Origin: Candidatus Omnitrophota bacterium
GTDB taxonomy: Bacteria; Omnitrophota; Gorgyraeia; Gorgyraeales; Gorgyraeaceae
Assembly (NCBI GenBank): GCA_043814965.1
Contig: JBDRJN010000005.1
Span: 4,858 to 68,857 of the forward strand
Direction of reading: 5' to 3'
Length of the DNA: 64,000 nt
Part shown: positions 10,519 through 21,290 of the stretch, piece after piece
Layout: each line of letters starts with the position of its first letter
Position numbering within the stretch: position 1 is the first letter of the stretch
Made by a program: the position numbers and the translations under genes
The notes under the pieces: generated by a model
Told to the model about the DNA's origin: nothing
The model's database searches: none
What the model saw: only the letters and a program-made list of their open reading frames with translations

Positions 10519-11841
10519 TCACCATAGTTTCAAAGACTCCATTAGAAATTTACCTACTCCCAACATACTGGAAGAGTTCATGAACATATAAAAATTTAGA
10601 CAAAACCAAGACACCACCAAAAGAACTATCTTGCTTCTCGAAAATCTATAATATAAATAAGTCATAGAATAAGCTGCAAATATTATTAAGATCGGCTCTA
10701 TAGGCAAGCGAAACCTTGGCAATCCGCTGAAGACAACTGCCAGCAGATTGCAATAAACAATAGGTATTAATAGCGCTGTTAAGCGCTTAAAACTCTTTCT
10801 TAGGAAAATCAGCCCTAGGATACTAAATGGCAGAATAAATGCTGTAGAAAAATTATATACCCCTTCTCCCCCAAGAGTCTCCCAATCAAAGATGCTCCAA
10901 AAAAACAATATCTTAAGGGGCACTAACTTCATAACCTTGTCTGGGTGTTCTCTTATGTGTTTCACTGCCTCATTGACTAAATATCTATTTCTATCTACCT
11001 CACTATCTATCTTACCTGCTTTTTCCGTCAATTCATCTTTAGGTATTATACCAAACTTTTTGCCTTCTATCGGATTATAAGAATGATACAAAACCGTTCC
11101 AAAACCTGTCGTAAAAGGCACTAATGCATTATGAACACGATAATTTCTTAAAGTCCATATAGAAATCGGTAAAACTATCATCACAATCGAGACAGTTGCC
11201 CCAATAATAAAAGACTTGATATGATTTTGTCTTTTTTTTAAGGCTCGGGTAAACCCTGTAAATAAAAATATAAATGGCAGAAAGAACATATTTGGTTTAA
11301 ACATAATAGATAAAGATGAAAAACACCCAAATAAAAAAGCATCTCTTTTGGATAACTTTTCATCCCACTTGATCCAGTATAGGATAGAGGTTATTACAAA
11401 AAACATCTGCACTGAATCAGGCCGTAGTAACTGTATTGATTTTAGAAAAAAATAATGCCCCATACATAAGATAGCTGACAAAAACCCAACTCTTTTATCA
11501 AATAGTTTTCTAGCTATTTCGTATATAGCTATACACATCAAGCTATCAAGAACAGCCTGGGCTATTCTTATAGCTGCGAGACTATCCTGAAAAAATCGAT
11601 AGATAAAAGCAATGAATATCGAATATCCAGGCATGATAGAAGATGTCAGGTGTTCTCCGATCATATATCCTTTCCCTAGACATAACCCTCTCCCTGAAGA
11701 CTCATAAAATATTTCATCACCTGATAATATATCATTGCCTTTTAGGGCAAAGGCCGATCGTATAGCAAAGCCTAGTAGAAATATACCTACAGGGATTAAA
11801 AATTTTTCTTTTTCTCTTATATATTTTTTTATATTATACAT
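10519..11841 (-). CDS. GT-C fold membrane glycosyltransferase (ArnT/PMT-like)
   Basis: Many TM segments; GDE-x-x-Y in the first loop, PGYSIF, WTLRNYRVH, PRFRLPIEP. Confidence 0.8.
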   Translation of the reverse strand: MYNIKKYIREKEKFLIPVGIFLLGFAIRSAFALKGNDILSGDEIFYESSGRGLCLGKGYMIGEHLTSSIMPGYSIFIAFIYRFFQDSLAAIRIAQAVLDSLMCIAIYEIARKLFDKRVGFLSAILCMGHYFFLKSIQLLRPDSVQMFFVITSILYWIKWDEKLSKRDAFLFGCFSSLSIMFKPNMFFLPFIFLFTGFTRALKKRQNHIKSFIIGATVSIVMIVLPISIWTLRNYRVHNALVPFTTGFGTVLYHSYNPIEGKKFGIIPKDELTEKAGKIDSEVDRNRYLVNEAVKHIREHPDKVMKLVPLKILFFWSIFDWETLGGEGVYNFSTAFILPFSILGLIFLRKSFKRLTALLIPIVYCNLLAVVFSGLPRFRLPIEPILIIFAAYSMTYLYYRFSRSKIVLLVVSWFCLNFYMFMNSSSMLGVGKFLMESLKLW

Positions 11842-11845
11842 GTAC

Positions 11846-12997
11846 CTATTTCCTATTAAAACTCATATATATCTCTTCTAGCTGCCTGATTTGCTGTCTG
11901 ATATCAAAATCTCTTTTTACTTTTAGATAGCCGGATTCTGCTATATCGGACTTTTTAAACGGGTTTTCTATTAAATCAGCTATAGCATCCGATAACGCTC
12001 TGCAAGAAGAAGGTTTAACCAGAACTCCTTCTTTTTCGTTTGTAATGATCTCTTTTATACCATCAATGTCCGAAGCTATGCAAGGTATCTTCAATGCCAT
12101 TGCTTCTAGCAATACTATACCAAATCCTTCAGAATATATAGAAGGTAATATAAAAATATCAGAACATCCCACAACTTCTCTTATATCATCTCTATCTTTT
12201 AGAAAAATAATATTTTTTTCTAATTTCAAACTTTTAACTTCACTCTTAAGTTCGTTTTCCAATATTCCTTTTCCTACGATCAATAGTTTAATATTTTTAT
12301 TTTCTAATTTACTTTCTTTCAGGGCTCTTATTAAAAAGGTATGGCCTTTCTGTATATCCAGCCTTCCAACAGTTACCAGGACAATATCATCTTTAGATAA
12401 TGACAATCTCTGCCTTGTATCAAGTCTTTCCTTTTCAGTCAAGGCCTTGAATCTATCAAGGTCTATTGAATTATGGACCACACCTATATTTTTGAACCCT
12501 AAAATTCCTTCTGCTGACTTTTTGACAGCAGAAGAGACTGCTATGAAGGAATCATTAAACAACCTGCCTGTAAAACTATCCAACAGCCTTCTTCTTTCAA
12601 AAAAAAACCTGCTCCTAAAAATAGAATAAGGCTCATAATCTAAGCCATGTAAAGTAGTTACAATATGAGGCCTCCTGGCTATCCCTCCAGCTATTCTTCC
12701 ATAGATATTTGTGCTAAATAGATGTGTATGGATTATATCTATTTTTTCTTTCCTTATGATATTCAGCAGCCTTTTTATTACTTTGATCGGCGAATAGATG
12801 TTTTTCACATGAATTGGATAGACCTTTATCTGGAATCTCGCTAAATCGCGCAAAAAATAATCTTCATTGTTTAAATAAGTAACAATATTATTAAATCTAT
12901 CCTTATTTAAATAGGATAGATTGGTTGTTAAGAGCCTTTCAGCTCCACCCACGCCCAAACCTTCTATTGCATGAAGAATATTTATCTTACCCATCAA
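11846..12997 (-). CDS. Glycosyltransferase family 4
   Basis: GVGGAE, VGRLDIQKG, SEGFGIVLLEAMA. Confidence 0.9.
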   Translation of the reverse strand: MMGKINILHAIEGLGVGGAERLLTTNLSYLNKDRFNNIVTYLNNEDYFLRDLARFQIKVYPIHVKNIYSPIKVIKRLLNIIRKEKIDIIHTHLFSTNIYGRIAGGIARRPHIVTTLHGLDYEPYSIFRSRFFFERRRLLDSFTGRLFNDSFIAVSSAVKKSAEGILGFKNIGVVHNSIDLDRFKALTEKERLDTRQRLSLSKDDIVLVTVGRLDIQKGHTFLIRALKESKLENKNIKLLIVGKGILENELKSEVKSLKLEKNIIFLKDRDDIREVVGCSDIFILPSIYSEGFGIVLLEAMALKIPCIASDIDGIKEIITNEKEGVLVKPSSCRALSDAIADLIENPFKKSDIAESGYLKVKRDFDIRQQIRQLEEIYMSFNRK

Positions 12998-13001
12998 ACC
13001 C

Positions 13002-14162
13002 TCATTTGACTAAAATCTCTTCATATTCTTTTATTATCTTAGATATGTCAAATCTCTTTACTTTCTTAAAGGCATTATATCTTATTTTTTTTCTCAACTC
13101 ATTATCGGTCAAGAGAATATAAATAGCCTGGGATAATTCTTCTCCGTTTTTTGGAGCGACCAATATCCCGTCTTCACGATCATCCACTATCTCTTCCAAT
13201 GCTGGAGTACATCTTGACGCGACAACGCATACGCCGCATACCATTGCTTCCAAGATAGCATTTGGAAAACCTTCGGACATTGAAGGCAAGGCAAAAATAT
13301 CACATTTAGCTAAATATTTGAATGGATTTTTTTGCCATCCTAAAAACTGCACATTTTTTTCTATGCCATATTTCAAAGATAGGCTTTTAAGTCTATCTTT
13401 TTCTTCACCCTCACCCATAATAAGAACTCGTAATTGTATTTTATCCTTTAGATCTCTGACTGCCTCTAATAAATATTCTATGCCTTTTTCTTGAGAGAGC
13501 CTTGACATGATAGCAATATGATAGACATCTTTTTGAAATACCAGGTCGTCTACGCTCTCTTTGCTTAGGTTTTCTATATTTAAAATATCAATTGGATTAT
13601 ATATGACCCTTACCCTGTCTTTCCTGATGTAAAAAAGCCTCTTTCTTATCAATCTAGCTATATTTTCTGAGACAGCAACTATACAGTCTGCTGATCTATA
13701 TAAAAAATAGATCATGATCCTATAGCCTGCAGCCCAAACTCTTTCCTTTAATGTCGTTCTTTTGAATCTTACAAGAAATGCTTCGCAATGTTCTGTGATA
13801 ATTATCTTGGTGTCTATCTTGTTCAATAATCTTAATGCTAAAATTGCATAACAATTTGGTGAAAAACCAAAGGTCAATACCACGTCTGGTTTTTCTTCTT
13901 TACATACTAAAGCTATTGATCTTAATATACTCCATACGTTTTTTATCTTTCTTAAAATCCTTTTTTGTGGATTAACATCTAAATCTATTATTTTGATGTT
14001 TCTGTCTACAGGAAAATGTCTTTCAGCTATCTTTTCGATCAATAAAACGACTTCAAATCTATTCCTGTCAAAATTGTCTATTAAATTTTTCGCAACTGCG
14101 CAAACTCCATTAATTTCATATCTGGAGAGCATGATCAATACTTTTGATTTACGAGAGTTCAT
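13002..14162 (-). CDS. Glycosyltransferase family 4
   Basis: IYNPID, RLSQEKG, NPFKY, SEGFPNAILEAM. Confidence 0.9.
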   Translation of the reverse strand: MNSRKSKVLIMLSRYEINGVCAVAKNLIDNFDRNRFEVVLLIEKIAERHFPVDRNIKIIDLDVNPQKRILRKIKNVWSILRSIALVCKEEKPDVVLTFGFSPNCYAILALRLLNKIDTKIIITEHCEAFLVRFKRTTLKERVWAAGYRIMIYFLYRSADCIVAVSENIARLIRKRLFYIRKDRVRVIYNPIDILNIENLSKESVDDLVFQKDVYHIAIMSRLSQEKGIEYLLEAVRDLKDKIQLRVLIMGEGEEKDRLKSLSLKYGIEKNVQFLGWQKNPFKYLAKCDIFALPSMSEGFPNAILEAMVCGVCVVASRCTPALEEIVDDREDGILVAPKNGEELSQAIYILLTDNELRKKIRYNAFKKVKRFDISKIIKEYEEILVK

Positions 14163-15007
14163 ATTTCTTCCCTGAATGAACTAAAACTATTTCTTTTTAT
14201 ATTCTTCAAAAAATTATACCCCTTGGGCCTAAGTATAAATTTAGCTATAGACCGAAATAGGTCTCCAAATAATATAAAATTCAAAATTTTCGCTAGCAAC
14301 AGTTCAAAAAAATTAAAATACATCTCAAAAAGCATCTTCCTCTCCATCAAGCGCAACTTTCTATGAGCATCACTATTGCTAATGCCGCCATATTGAAAAA
14401 CAGAGACGATCTGCCCTGTGTACATAGCCCGTGATCTTTTTCTATACAAAGCTCTTAAAAACCACTCGCAGTCTCCAGCGATCTTAAATCTAGTATCATA
14501 ATACCCTGTTTTTTCAAAAGCTGCCCTGCTAAAAAATGTGGCTGGATGGCCAATACTATCTCCAATAAAATGGATCTTCATAATAAAACGAGGGTACCTA
14601 TAACGCCATGTGATCTTGGCCCTAGGGTCATGATACAACATATCGCCATAGATAAAATCCACTTTTTTTCTCTTTTTAAAAAAATCCACTGCATTTTTTA
14701 CTGCATCTATGTTATAAAAATAATCATCAGAATTAAGAAAACAAAGTATCTCGCCTTTTGATGCAATGATCCCTTTATTCATTGCATCAAAAATGCCTTC
14801 ATCTTGCTCACTTAACAGATAACCTATCTTGCTCTTATACTTATCTAGTATCTCTAGAGTTCTGTCTTTTGATCCTCCATCTATTATTATGTATTCTATA
14901 TCTTCATAAGTCTGGGAGAGGACACTCTTGATAGTTCTTTCCAAGAACTCCTCAGAATTGAAACAAACTGTTACTACTGAGACTTTTGGTCTTTCACTTA
15001 GACTCAT
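14159..15007 (-). CDS. Glycosyltransferase family 2 (WcaE-like)
   Basis: VSVVTVCFN, IIIDGGSKD, GIFDAMNKG, FLNSDD, HPATF. Confidence 0.9.
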   Translation of the reverse strand: MSLSERPKVSVVTVCFNSEEFLERTIKSVLSQTYEDIEYIIIDGGSKDRTLEILDKYKSKIGYLLSEQDEGIFDAMNKGIIASKGEILCFLNSDDYFYNIDAVKNAVDFFKKRKKVDFIYGDMLYHDPRAKITWRYRYPRFIMKIHFIGDSIGHPATFFSRAAFEKTGYYDTRFKIAGDCEWFLRALYRKRSRAMYTGQIVSVFQYGGISNSDAHRKLRLMERKMLFEMYFNFFELLLAKILNFILFGDLFRSIAKFILRPKGYNFLKNIKRNSFSSFREEI

Positions 15008-16032
15008 ACCCTTAATACCTTTTCATATACCTCGTAAGTTTCTGAAACTGTCTTGTCCCATGAAAATTCTTTATGTCTATCTTTACCTTTTTTAATATAT
15101 CCATCTCTAATATTATTGTCGTTAAGTATGGTTTTTATACACGAACATAGCTCATCCCTATCTTCTGGAGAAAAAAACAAGGCAGCATTGCCTGCAATTT
15201 CAGGAATAGAGCCTCCGCTAGATGCTACTACAGGGCACCCAGCACCCATCGATTCCAATATCGGCAACCCAAACCCTTCATAAAGTGACGTATGTACAAA
15301 AAGATAGGCATTTCTGTAATACCAGCATAACAAATCATCATTACCTGTGACATGCCTAACTGCGCTCCTTATTCCTCTTCTATCAAGATCTCTTTTTTCT
15401 TCCTGTGAAAAAATTTCTCCCCCAAAGCATACTAGATCAAATTCTTTTTTTAAATTCAATTTATGGAAGATTTCGAGCAATATTTTAAAATTTTTATAAA
15501 AACCTCTTTTTCCTACATAAAAAATATAGGGCCTTTTTGGTTTATCTATACTAGAAGCCTTATGAGATATTAAATCGCTCGCAAGATACACTACAGAAAT
15601 TTGATCATCATCTATATTGTATATATTTTTTAAATCTTCCTTTGTCTTATCTGAAATACATATTATATGATCCGCACTTTTTATAGACTCTTTTTTCATT
15701 TTAATATGGCCTTCTTTGCCAGTATAATCAAGTAAACCCAATTCATGGATCATATCGAACACTGTCAAAACCATCCTGGCTTTTTCCCTTTCTATAGCGT
15801 TGTATGGGTAATAAGTCGGGTGGTATATATCATACCCTGATATCTTCAATCTGAGATTTAATAGCATGTTATTCAATCTAGTGAGTCTCCCGGGGGATAT
15901 ATTTAGGCCTTTAAACAGACCGACTTTTGCTTTATCGTATAATGACATTCTTCCGATGATCTCATGAAAATATCTTGATATGCCGCCATGTTTCTGCAGG
16001 GAAAAAATTGTACTATCGTAAAGTATTTTCAT
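15004..16032 (-). CDS. Glycosyltransferase family 4 (mannosyltransferase-like subgroup)
   Basis: GGISRYF, YHPTYY, YVGKRGFYKNF, SLYEGFGLPILESM. Confidence 0.9.
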   Translation of the reverse strand: MKILYDSTIFSLQKHGGISRYFHEIIGRMSLYDKAKVGLFKGLNISPGRLTRLNNMLLNLRLKISGYDIYHPTYYPYNAIEREKARMVLTVFDMIHELGLLDYTGKEGHIKMKKESIKSADHIICISDKTKEDLKNIYNIDDDQISVVYLASDLISHKASSIDKPKRPYIFYVGKRGFYKNFKILLEIFHKLNLKKEFDLVCFGGEIFSQEEKRDLDRRGIRSAVRHVTGNDDLLCWYYRNAYLFVHTSLYEGFGLPILESMGAGCPVVASSGGSIPEIAGNAALFFSPEDRDELCSCIKTILNDNNIRDGYIKKGKDRHKEFSWDKTVSETYEVYEKVLRV

Positions 16033-17002
16033 TGTATCCTTGCCGGATTATACCATTGTTCAATATAAAATCCTTTAAATAATCCGCTGTGATTCTATGT
16101 CCATAATCAGAAAGATGGCAATCATCTAAAAATATGCTATATCTATCACTTTGAGCCTTAAAAACAGCTGTAAAATCCAAAAAATAATACCCGTTATCCT
16201 GGCAAAACCTGCCTAATCTTTTAGATGGCCCAAAGGCCTCTTCTCTTGAGCTATAAACCTGAAAATCGTATGGCAGATAAGCTACCAATACATTCGAAGT
16301 CTTTTTTATTTCGTCAAAAACCTCTTTAAGCTTAGTAAATTCTTTCTCCCACATTGCATCCTTGACATCCCACTCATCAAATGCCCAATTATTATAACCT
16401 GCTTTTAATTTTACATAATTATATCTTTCTGCCAAAGTAAGATATAAAACACTTTTTGCTAGACATGACTTAAGATTGAAGTTATTTTTCTTTTTTACTG
16501 TAATGCCTCTTATGGTCATGTTGCTTTCGTCAGATATATGTTCCATATGTTCAAATCCCTCGATATCATTTAAACCAAATTGATAGATTATTAAATCAGG
16601 GCTGAATTCCATAGCACCTTTAAGAGCTTTTAAATTGTCAGATGTAGTATTTCCACCCCTACCTAAATTCATAACCTCTACATCATAGGGTATATCTTGA
16701 AGATACCTCTCTAAAATTTTAGGAAAGATGTTTTCTAACTCAACCCTATATCCTTCAGTAACAGAATCTCCTATGCATGCTATCCTAAAAATATCGATTC
16801 TTTTATCTTTTATGAACTCGCGGTCTTTCCAACCACGCGAATTTTTTTCTAACGTATATCCTGCCATAATTCGAGAATCGTAAGAATTATAGGTTTTGGA
16901 TAGATGGAATATACGTGCAAAGGCTTCAGCAATTACAAGACTTAGAAGAATAGCAATAATACATATAGTTATACTCAAAAATATTGAACTATGTTTTCTC
17001 AT
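16013..17002 (-). CDS. Membrane-anchored SGNH/GDSL hydrolase or acyltransferase
   Basis: N-terminal TM helix; GDSVTEG (block I), NLGRGG, GLND, DDCHLS (D-x-x-H). Confidence 0.85.
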   Translation of the reverse strand: MRKHSSIFLSITICIIAILLSLVIAEAFARIFHLSKTYNSYDSRIMAGYTLEKNSRGWKDREFIKDKRIDIFRIACIGDSVTEGYRVELENIFPKILERYLQDIPYDVEVMNLGRGGNTTSDNLKALKGAMEFSPDLIIYQFGLNDIEGFEHMEHISDESNMTIRGITVKKKNNFNLKSCLAKSVLYLTLAERYNYVKLKAGYNNWAFDEWDVKDAMWEKEFTKLKEVFDEIKKTSNVLVAYLPYDFQVYSSREEAFGPSKRLGRFCQDNGYYFLDFTAVFKAQSDRYSIFLDDCHLSDYGHRITADYLKDFILNNGIIRQGYNENTLR

Positions 17003-17020
17003 CTATAATTTTAAAAAACG

Positions 17021-19504
17021 CTACCTTAGTTCAGCTAATAAAAAATCTCTCGATTTGCTACGCAATCTATCAATGCTTGAATGAACACTATAATAATCGA
17101 TCTTATTCATAAATACATCATAAGGTGAACCGTTCTCATCTATCATGCAATTTGACAATCCTAGGCCATCAAGAAAACTTCCCACTTTATTTTGCCGGTA
17201 AAGCGTTTTAAACATGCAGAACTCCTTAGAATTTAAAATAGAAAAAATCATACCATGATACATGGTAGTAACAACGCAAGCACTTTTTATAAAATATCCC
17301 AACCACTCAAAAGGACTCAAACTTGCTAAGCTGATATCACACCATGGACAATCATAACCTACTGAAATTGTTTTTTTCTTAATAAAACTTGCGTATTCTA
17401 AAATTTTTTGAATCATTTTATCGTTGAAAAAACCATACACTAGAATAAAATCTTCATATTTAGGCAAAATAGCCTCACTTTTAAAATCAACTAAAAAAAC
17501 AGGGTCTAATACAGTTTGTACTGGTTTAGGGCTTATGGAAGACATAATATTAGAAGAATTCTCATCCCTAACTGATATCCTGTCCAATCTGTTAAGCAAA
17601 TTCACGAGTTCTTTTGGAATGCATTCGTTATCTTCGACACTACCAAAACTTGCGGCATAAGATATGATACTTCTAGCTTTAAGAAATTTAGAGAAGTAAA
17701 CAGGGTCATAGCCTATCAATCTTGTCTTAAAATTCCAAACTTCATCACTTCCAATAATAATCTTATCAAAATAAAATTTTTTAAGTTTATTTTTACTAAA
17801 CACCCTCCTACTGTAATTTAATTGTTTTTGCGCTCTTTTGAATTTTGCAATCTTAACTACGTTCTTTAGGATTGTTCTTATAGAAAGTAGCGGATTTAAA
17901 AAAAACTTATACTCTCTAAAAGTAAACCCTATATCTTTATAATTAATAATAGTAGGTTCTAACCCATGTTTTTTTAAGAAACCTTGAAGGGCATAAGCTT
18001 GGAAAAAACCTCCATAGTTTATCCCATTGTGAAAAGTTAAAATACCTATATCAGAGTTATAGCTCTGTTTCTTGAAAGGCATTATTAATTTCACAATACT
18101 CTTTATCTTTTTGAAATACTTAATTAAGAAATGTAACCAATTTCTTTTACAACGGTATCTTTTATAAACTTTGTCTAAAGATTTTTCTAATACCTGGGCG
18201 TTATTTGGGTCAAACCTATGTTCTGTGTAAATAGAACGGCTTAATTCTCTTATCTCATCTCTTTGTTTCATATCCCAATTGCGGAAAAAATTTAAGCGCC
18301 TACTTGGAGAAAACCTTTTTCTAGGGATATAGGTATTTCTTTTCTTATCTTTGGAAAGAAGAAATAGCCTATGCCTCAGATCGCTCCTTTTTAAAAGCAT
18401 TACCCCTTTTTGCCTATCAGTTACTGCCTTCAAGGAAGCTCTATCTAGAATTATTTCTTCTCTTGAAGCTCCCTTTAATAGCAAATCTTTTATCATATTA
18501 GAACGGGCTATCACGAAGTTAGACCCTTTCGTGCCATAACTATACGGCTCTTCTATGGCATCTCCAAAAGAAACATCTGCTATCTCAGCTGTAATATCGT
18601 CGCAAAAATTACACGCATTTAATTTAAAATAATCCATCCCCCAGATCAAACTCATGCCTTCGCTCTGATAGACTTGACCTATTTTTTCTGTCCCTTCTTT
18701 AGTTTCATAAACAAATTCAAATCTATGATCAAGGTGATGCCGTTTTTCATCTTTTACTCTAAAAGCTACCCTTTTTATTTTTTCCGGATTTCTTTTTCCC
18801 AATCCACATAGGTATTCGGAAAAAAATTTACTTTTATTTTGACCACAAACTAAACCAACCAGGACCCTTATATTACTTTGCAGCTTAATATTGTGCAACA
18901 TAGCTAAGCGCAATGCCTTTAGCATGCATGGTAGCCCTACTATAGCATATGTTTTGTCACTATTTAAAATATCACTGATAATTGACGAAAGATTCACCGG
19001 GTAGTAATGAGACCTCGAGGCTTTTTGAATGCCTTCCAAGGAATTGATGACTTTATAAGAAAATAGCCTGTCTGGACCGTCTTCGGGGACTACACAACAT
19101 ATGCTATCTACAATATTTTCTTCTATTAGTTTTTCGAGTAAATATGTAGCCAAGCCTCCACTTGCACCTAAAGATCTATGGTTCCTTATGTTTGAAAAGC
19201 CGGCAAAAAGAGCCATATAAAACCCTGTTGTAGAATTATATCTTACGCTTTCATCTTTCTTAAATAACATCTTTCCTAAGATGCTTTCATTTTCATTGTC
19301 TTTCCAAAAAGGACAAACTTTTAGACATAAGCCGCATCTACTGCATTTACCATTAACCTCTACAGGATTGTATTCACCATAATTATTCCATTCTATCTTA
19401 AGTGCCTGCATAGGACATAACCCTGCACAAACCCCGCAGCCAACACATAATTCATTCCGCACAATAACATCACATACATTACGATAACTCAAAAAAATTG
19501 ACAT
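17021..19504 (-). CDS. Fusion: 2x[4Fe-4S] FrhB-family (F420 hydrogenase/dehydrogenase beta) domain + polysaccharide pyruvyltransferase domain
   Basis: CVGCGVCAGLCP and CSRCGLCLKVCP ferredoxin motifs; ASGG, VGLPC, GLVCG, CNFCDD, DVSFGD FrhB motifs. From about aa 485: IGILTFHNGINYGGFFQAYAL, GSDEVWN, SYAASFG, ISVRD, VLDPV, YHG. One uninterrupted 827-aa frame. Confidence 0.85.
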   Translation of the reverse strand: MSIFLSYRNVCDVIVRNELCVGCGVCAGLCPMQALKIEWNNYGEYNPVEVNGKCSRCGLCLKVCPFWKDNENESILGKMLFKKDESVRYNSTTGFYMALFAGFSNIRNHRSLGASGGLATYLLEKLIEENIVDSICCVVPEDGPDRLFSYKVINSLEGIQKASRSHYYPVNLSSIISDILNSDKTYAIVGLPCMLKALRLAMLHNIKLQSNIRVLVGLVCGQNKSKFFSEYLCGLGKRNPEKIKRVAFRVKDEKRHHLDHRFEFVYETKEGTEKIGQVYQSEGMSLIWGMDYFKLNACNFCDDITAEIADVSFGDAIEEPYSYGTKGSNFVIARSNMIKDLLLKGASREEIILDRASLKAVTDRQKGVMLLKRSDLRHRLFLLSKDKKRNTYIPRKRFSPSRRLNFFRNWDMKQRDEIRELSRSIYTEHRFDPNNAQVLEKSLDKVYKRYRCKRNWLHFLIKYFKKIKSIVKLIMPFKKQSYNSDIGILTFHNGINYGGFFQAYALQGFLKKHGLEPTIINYKDIGFTFREYKFFLNPLLSIRTILKNVVKIAKFKRAQKQLNYSRRVFSKNKLKKFYFDKIIIGSDEVWNFKTRLIGYDPVYFSKFLKARSIISYAASFGSVEDNECIPKELVNLLNRLDRISVRDENSSNIMSSISPKPVQTVLDPVFLVDFKSEAILPKYEDFILVYGFFNDKMIQKILEYASFIKKKTISVGYDCPWCDISLASLSPFEWLGYFIKSACVVTTMYHGMIFSILNSKEFCMFKTLYRQNKVGSFLDGLGLSNCMIDENGSPYDVFMNKIDYYSVHSSIDRLRSKSRDFLLAELR

Positions 19505-19510
19505 AGCTTC

Positions 19511-20389
19511 TCACTTCACTACTTCGATCAGTGCTACTGCACGTGCCGCCGCCGCATAGTCTGAATCAAAAGATCTTGTCGTATGTATATTGAAATATTC
19601 GACATCACGGCACCCTTCTTCTGTGCTTATATCCCAACCATTCTTTTTATATCTATAAAAAGATATAAAAATGCTAGCACAAGAAGAAAAAGATCTAAGC
19701 AAATCTTTAAGTAAAAGGCCATTAAACTGCTCAGCAAAAGGAGTACCGTTCCATTCTATTAATTGATGCTTACCAAAAACAACAGAGGCAAGGAACTTGC
19801 CACCTGGTCTCAACACTCTAATAAGCTCTTTCACCGCCTTCTCCGCTTCTAATCCGACCTTCCCTGCCGTATTCTTTCTTGTATATATCCTATTATCCAT
19901 GCCAACATGCCCCAATGTAGATATAGAACAAATCTCATCAAACCAATTATCTCTAAAAGGCAGCTCTCTTAAATCTCCATAATTATAAGAAATTCCTTTA
20001 TCTAAAAACGCATTCAATTCGGGAGCAAGAGTAAAAATTGTAATATTTTTATTACTAAGTTTTGGCATTTCTATTATTTCCTTAAAGTTAAGGACTGATC
20101 CAGCATCTAGTAATCTTGTCTTTTCAATCCCTAATCTAGAAAAAACCCAAGGGTACTCTATAACCCTTTCATCATATCCATGCCCATACCCATTTGGCAA
20201 ATGACCTGAAGAAAAAAATAACTCCATAAGATCTTCATTATTTAATGTTTCAACTATAAAATCAAACTTACTTGGTGTATACCCCCTAGACCAAGGTTTT
20301 TTCCCTTTCTTAATGTAGGCTGCTAGATCTTTCTGGCGTATTTTTTGTGCTATATAATTTTTAATAAACTCCGTTATTAGCCTTTTCAT
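19511..20389 (-). CDS. Class I SAM-dependent methyltransferase
   Basis: ERVIEYPW, LLDAGS, GDLRELPF, ISTLGHVG, RVLRPGG. Confidence 0.8.
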   Translation of the reverse strand: MKRLITEFIKNYIAQKIRQKDLAAYIKKGKKPWSRGYTPSKFDFIVETLNNEDLMELFFSSGHLPNGYGHGYDERVIEYPWVFSRLGIEKTRLLDAGSVLNFKEIIEMPKLSNKNITIFTLAPELNAFLDKGISYNYGDLRELPFRDNWFDEICSISTLGHVGMDNRIYTRKNTAGKVGLEAEKAVKELIRVLRPGGKFLASVVFGKHQLIEWNGTPFAEQFNGLLLKDLLRSFSSCASIFISFYRYKKNGWDISTEEGCRDVEYFNIHTTRSFDSDYAAAARAVALIEVVK

Positions 20390-21268
20390 TTAGTTACTCC
20401 CACCAGGTAGGACATCTTTGGTCCTTTTCCCAACAACTGTAAACAATTTTCGCTTTTCACCATAAAGCTTTTGATAATGATATGATACTGTGCTCTCTTC
20501 AAAACCAAGTATACCAAGAAATTTTACAATAACCTCTGGGGATAAAACCCACCAGGTATCTTTATGTGTAAGTGTCTTGAAATCTGGCAAAAACTCCATA
20601 TAAGGCACTTTATATTCATTCAAAACTTTTTTCTGAAAAAATATATTCCTCTTGATAGAAAGAATAAAACACTTAAAAAAAGAACCTGATGAGAAAGTAA
20701 GGGTATCTCTTGGAGCGATATCTGTCACTATAACAGTTTCTTTAACAAGGCTCAAAGTGCTTTGAAGCGCAAGGAATGGATTCTGCAGATGAAGCAAAAT
20801 ACAACAAAACGTAGCTATATCAACCTTACCGATCTCCTCTGGAATCTTGTAAACAGACCCGTAAACTGCTTTTGCCTTTGAATTGTATGCTTTATGCGCA
20901 TACCAGTATGAATTTTTAAGTCTCTTGCAATATTCTTTGAATTTTTGTATGTTTCCTCTATAATCGTATTGAGAAAACGGCACCATGTCCCACTCTTGAT
21001 TTTCGCCAATGTCATATGAGACTATTTCGGCTCCTCTTTTTTCCATTTCAAAACAAAGAAAACCACTTGCTGTACCTAACTCCAACACTCTCTTTGCCTT
21101 GAAATCAACGTTACCAAGATATTTGTCTACATTCCCTCTAAGATCCCATTTTCCAATAACAAGCCCATTGCCAGGGATATCCATATAATGGTAAAAATCA
21201 CACTCTTTAATATCTTCAACTGGGTATGGTTTTGCATAAATATTATTTTTAAAGTTTTCGATAGTCAT
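20390..21268 (-). CDS. Class I SAM-dependent methyltransferase
   Basis: RVLELGTASGFLCFEMEKRGA, ILLHLQNP. Confidence 0.82.
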   Translation of the reverse strand: MTIENFKNNIYAKPYPVEDIKECDFYHYMDIPGNGLVIGKWDLRGNVDKYLGNVDFKAKRVLELGTASGFLCFEMEKRGAEIVSYDIGENQEWDMVPFSQYDYRGNIQKFKEYCKRLKNSYWYAHKAYNSKAKAVYGSVYKIPEEIGKVDIATFCCILLHLQNPFLALQSTLSLVKETVIVTDIAPRDTLTFSSGSFFKCFILSIKRNIFFQKKVLNEYKVPYMEFLPDFKTLTHKDTWWVLSPEVIVKFLGILGFEESTVSYHYQKLYGEKRKLFTVVGKRTKDVLPGGSN

Positions 21269-21290
21269 ACCTAAACCTTTCTGTCGCCTT

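Noticed and set aside
12599-12607. Poly-A/T runs of 8-9 nt (here and elsewhere) as phase-variation tracts
   Set aside because: Expected in such AT-rich DNA; all host ORFs are intact and I saw no long G/C tracts.
17021-19504. FrhB domain as evidence of a hydrogenase or methanogen-type metabolism
   Set aside because: No hydrogenase subunits are nearby, and the domain is fused to a polysaccharide-modifying enzyme.
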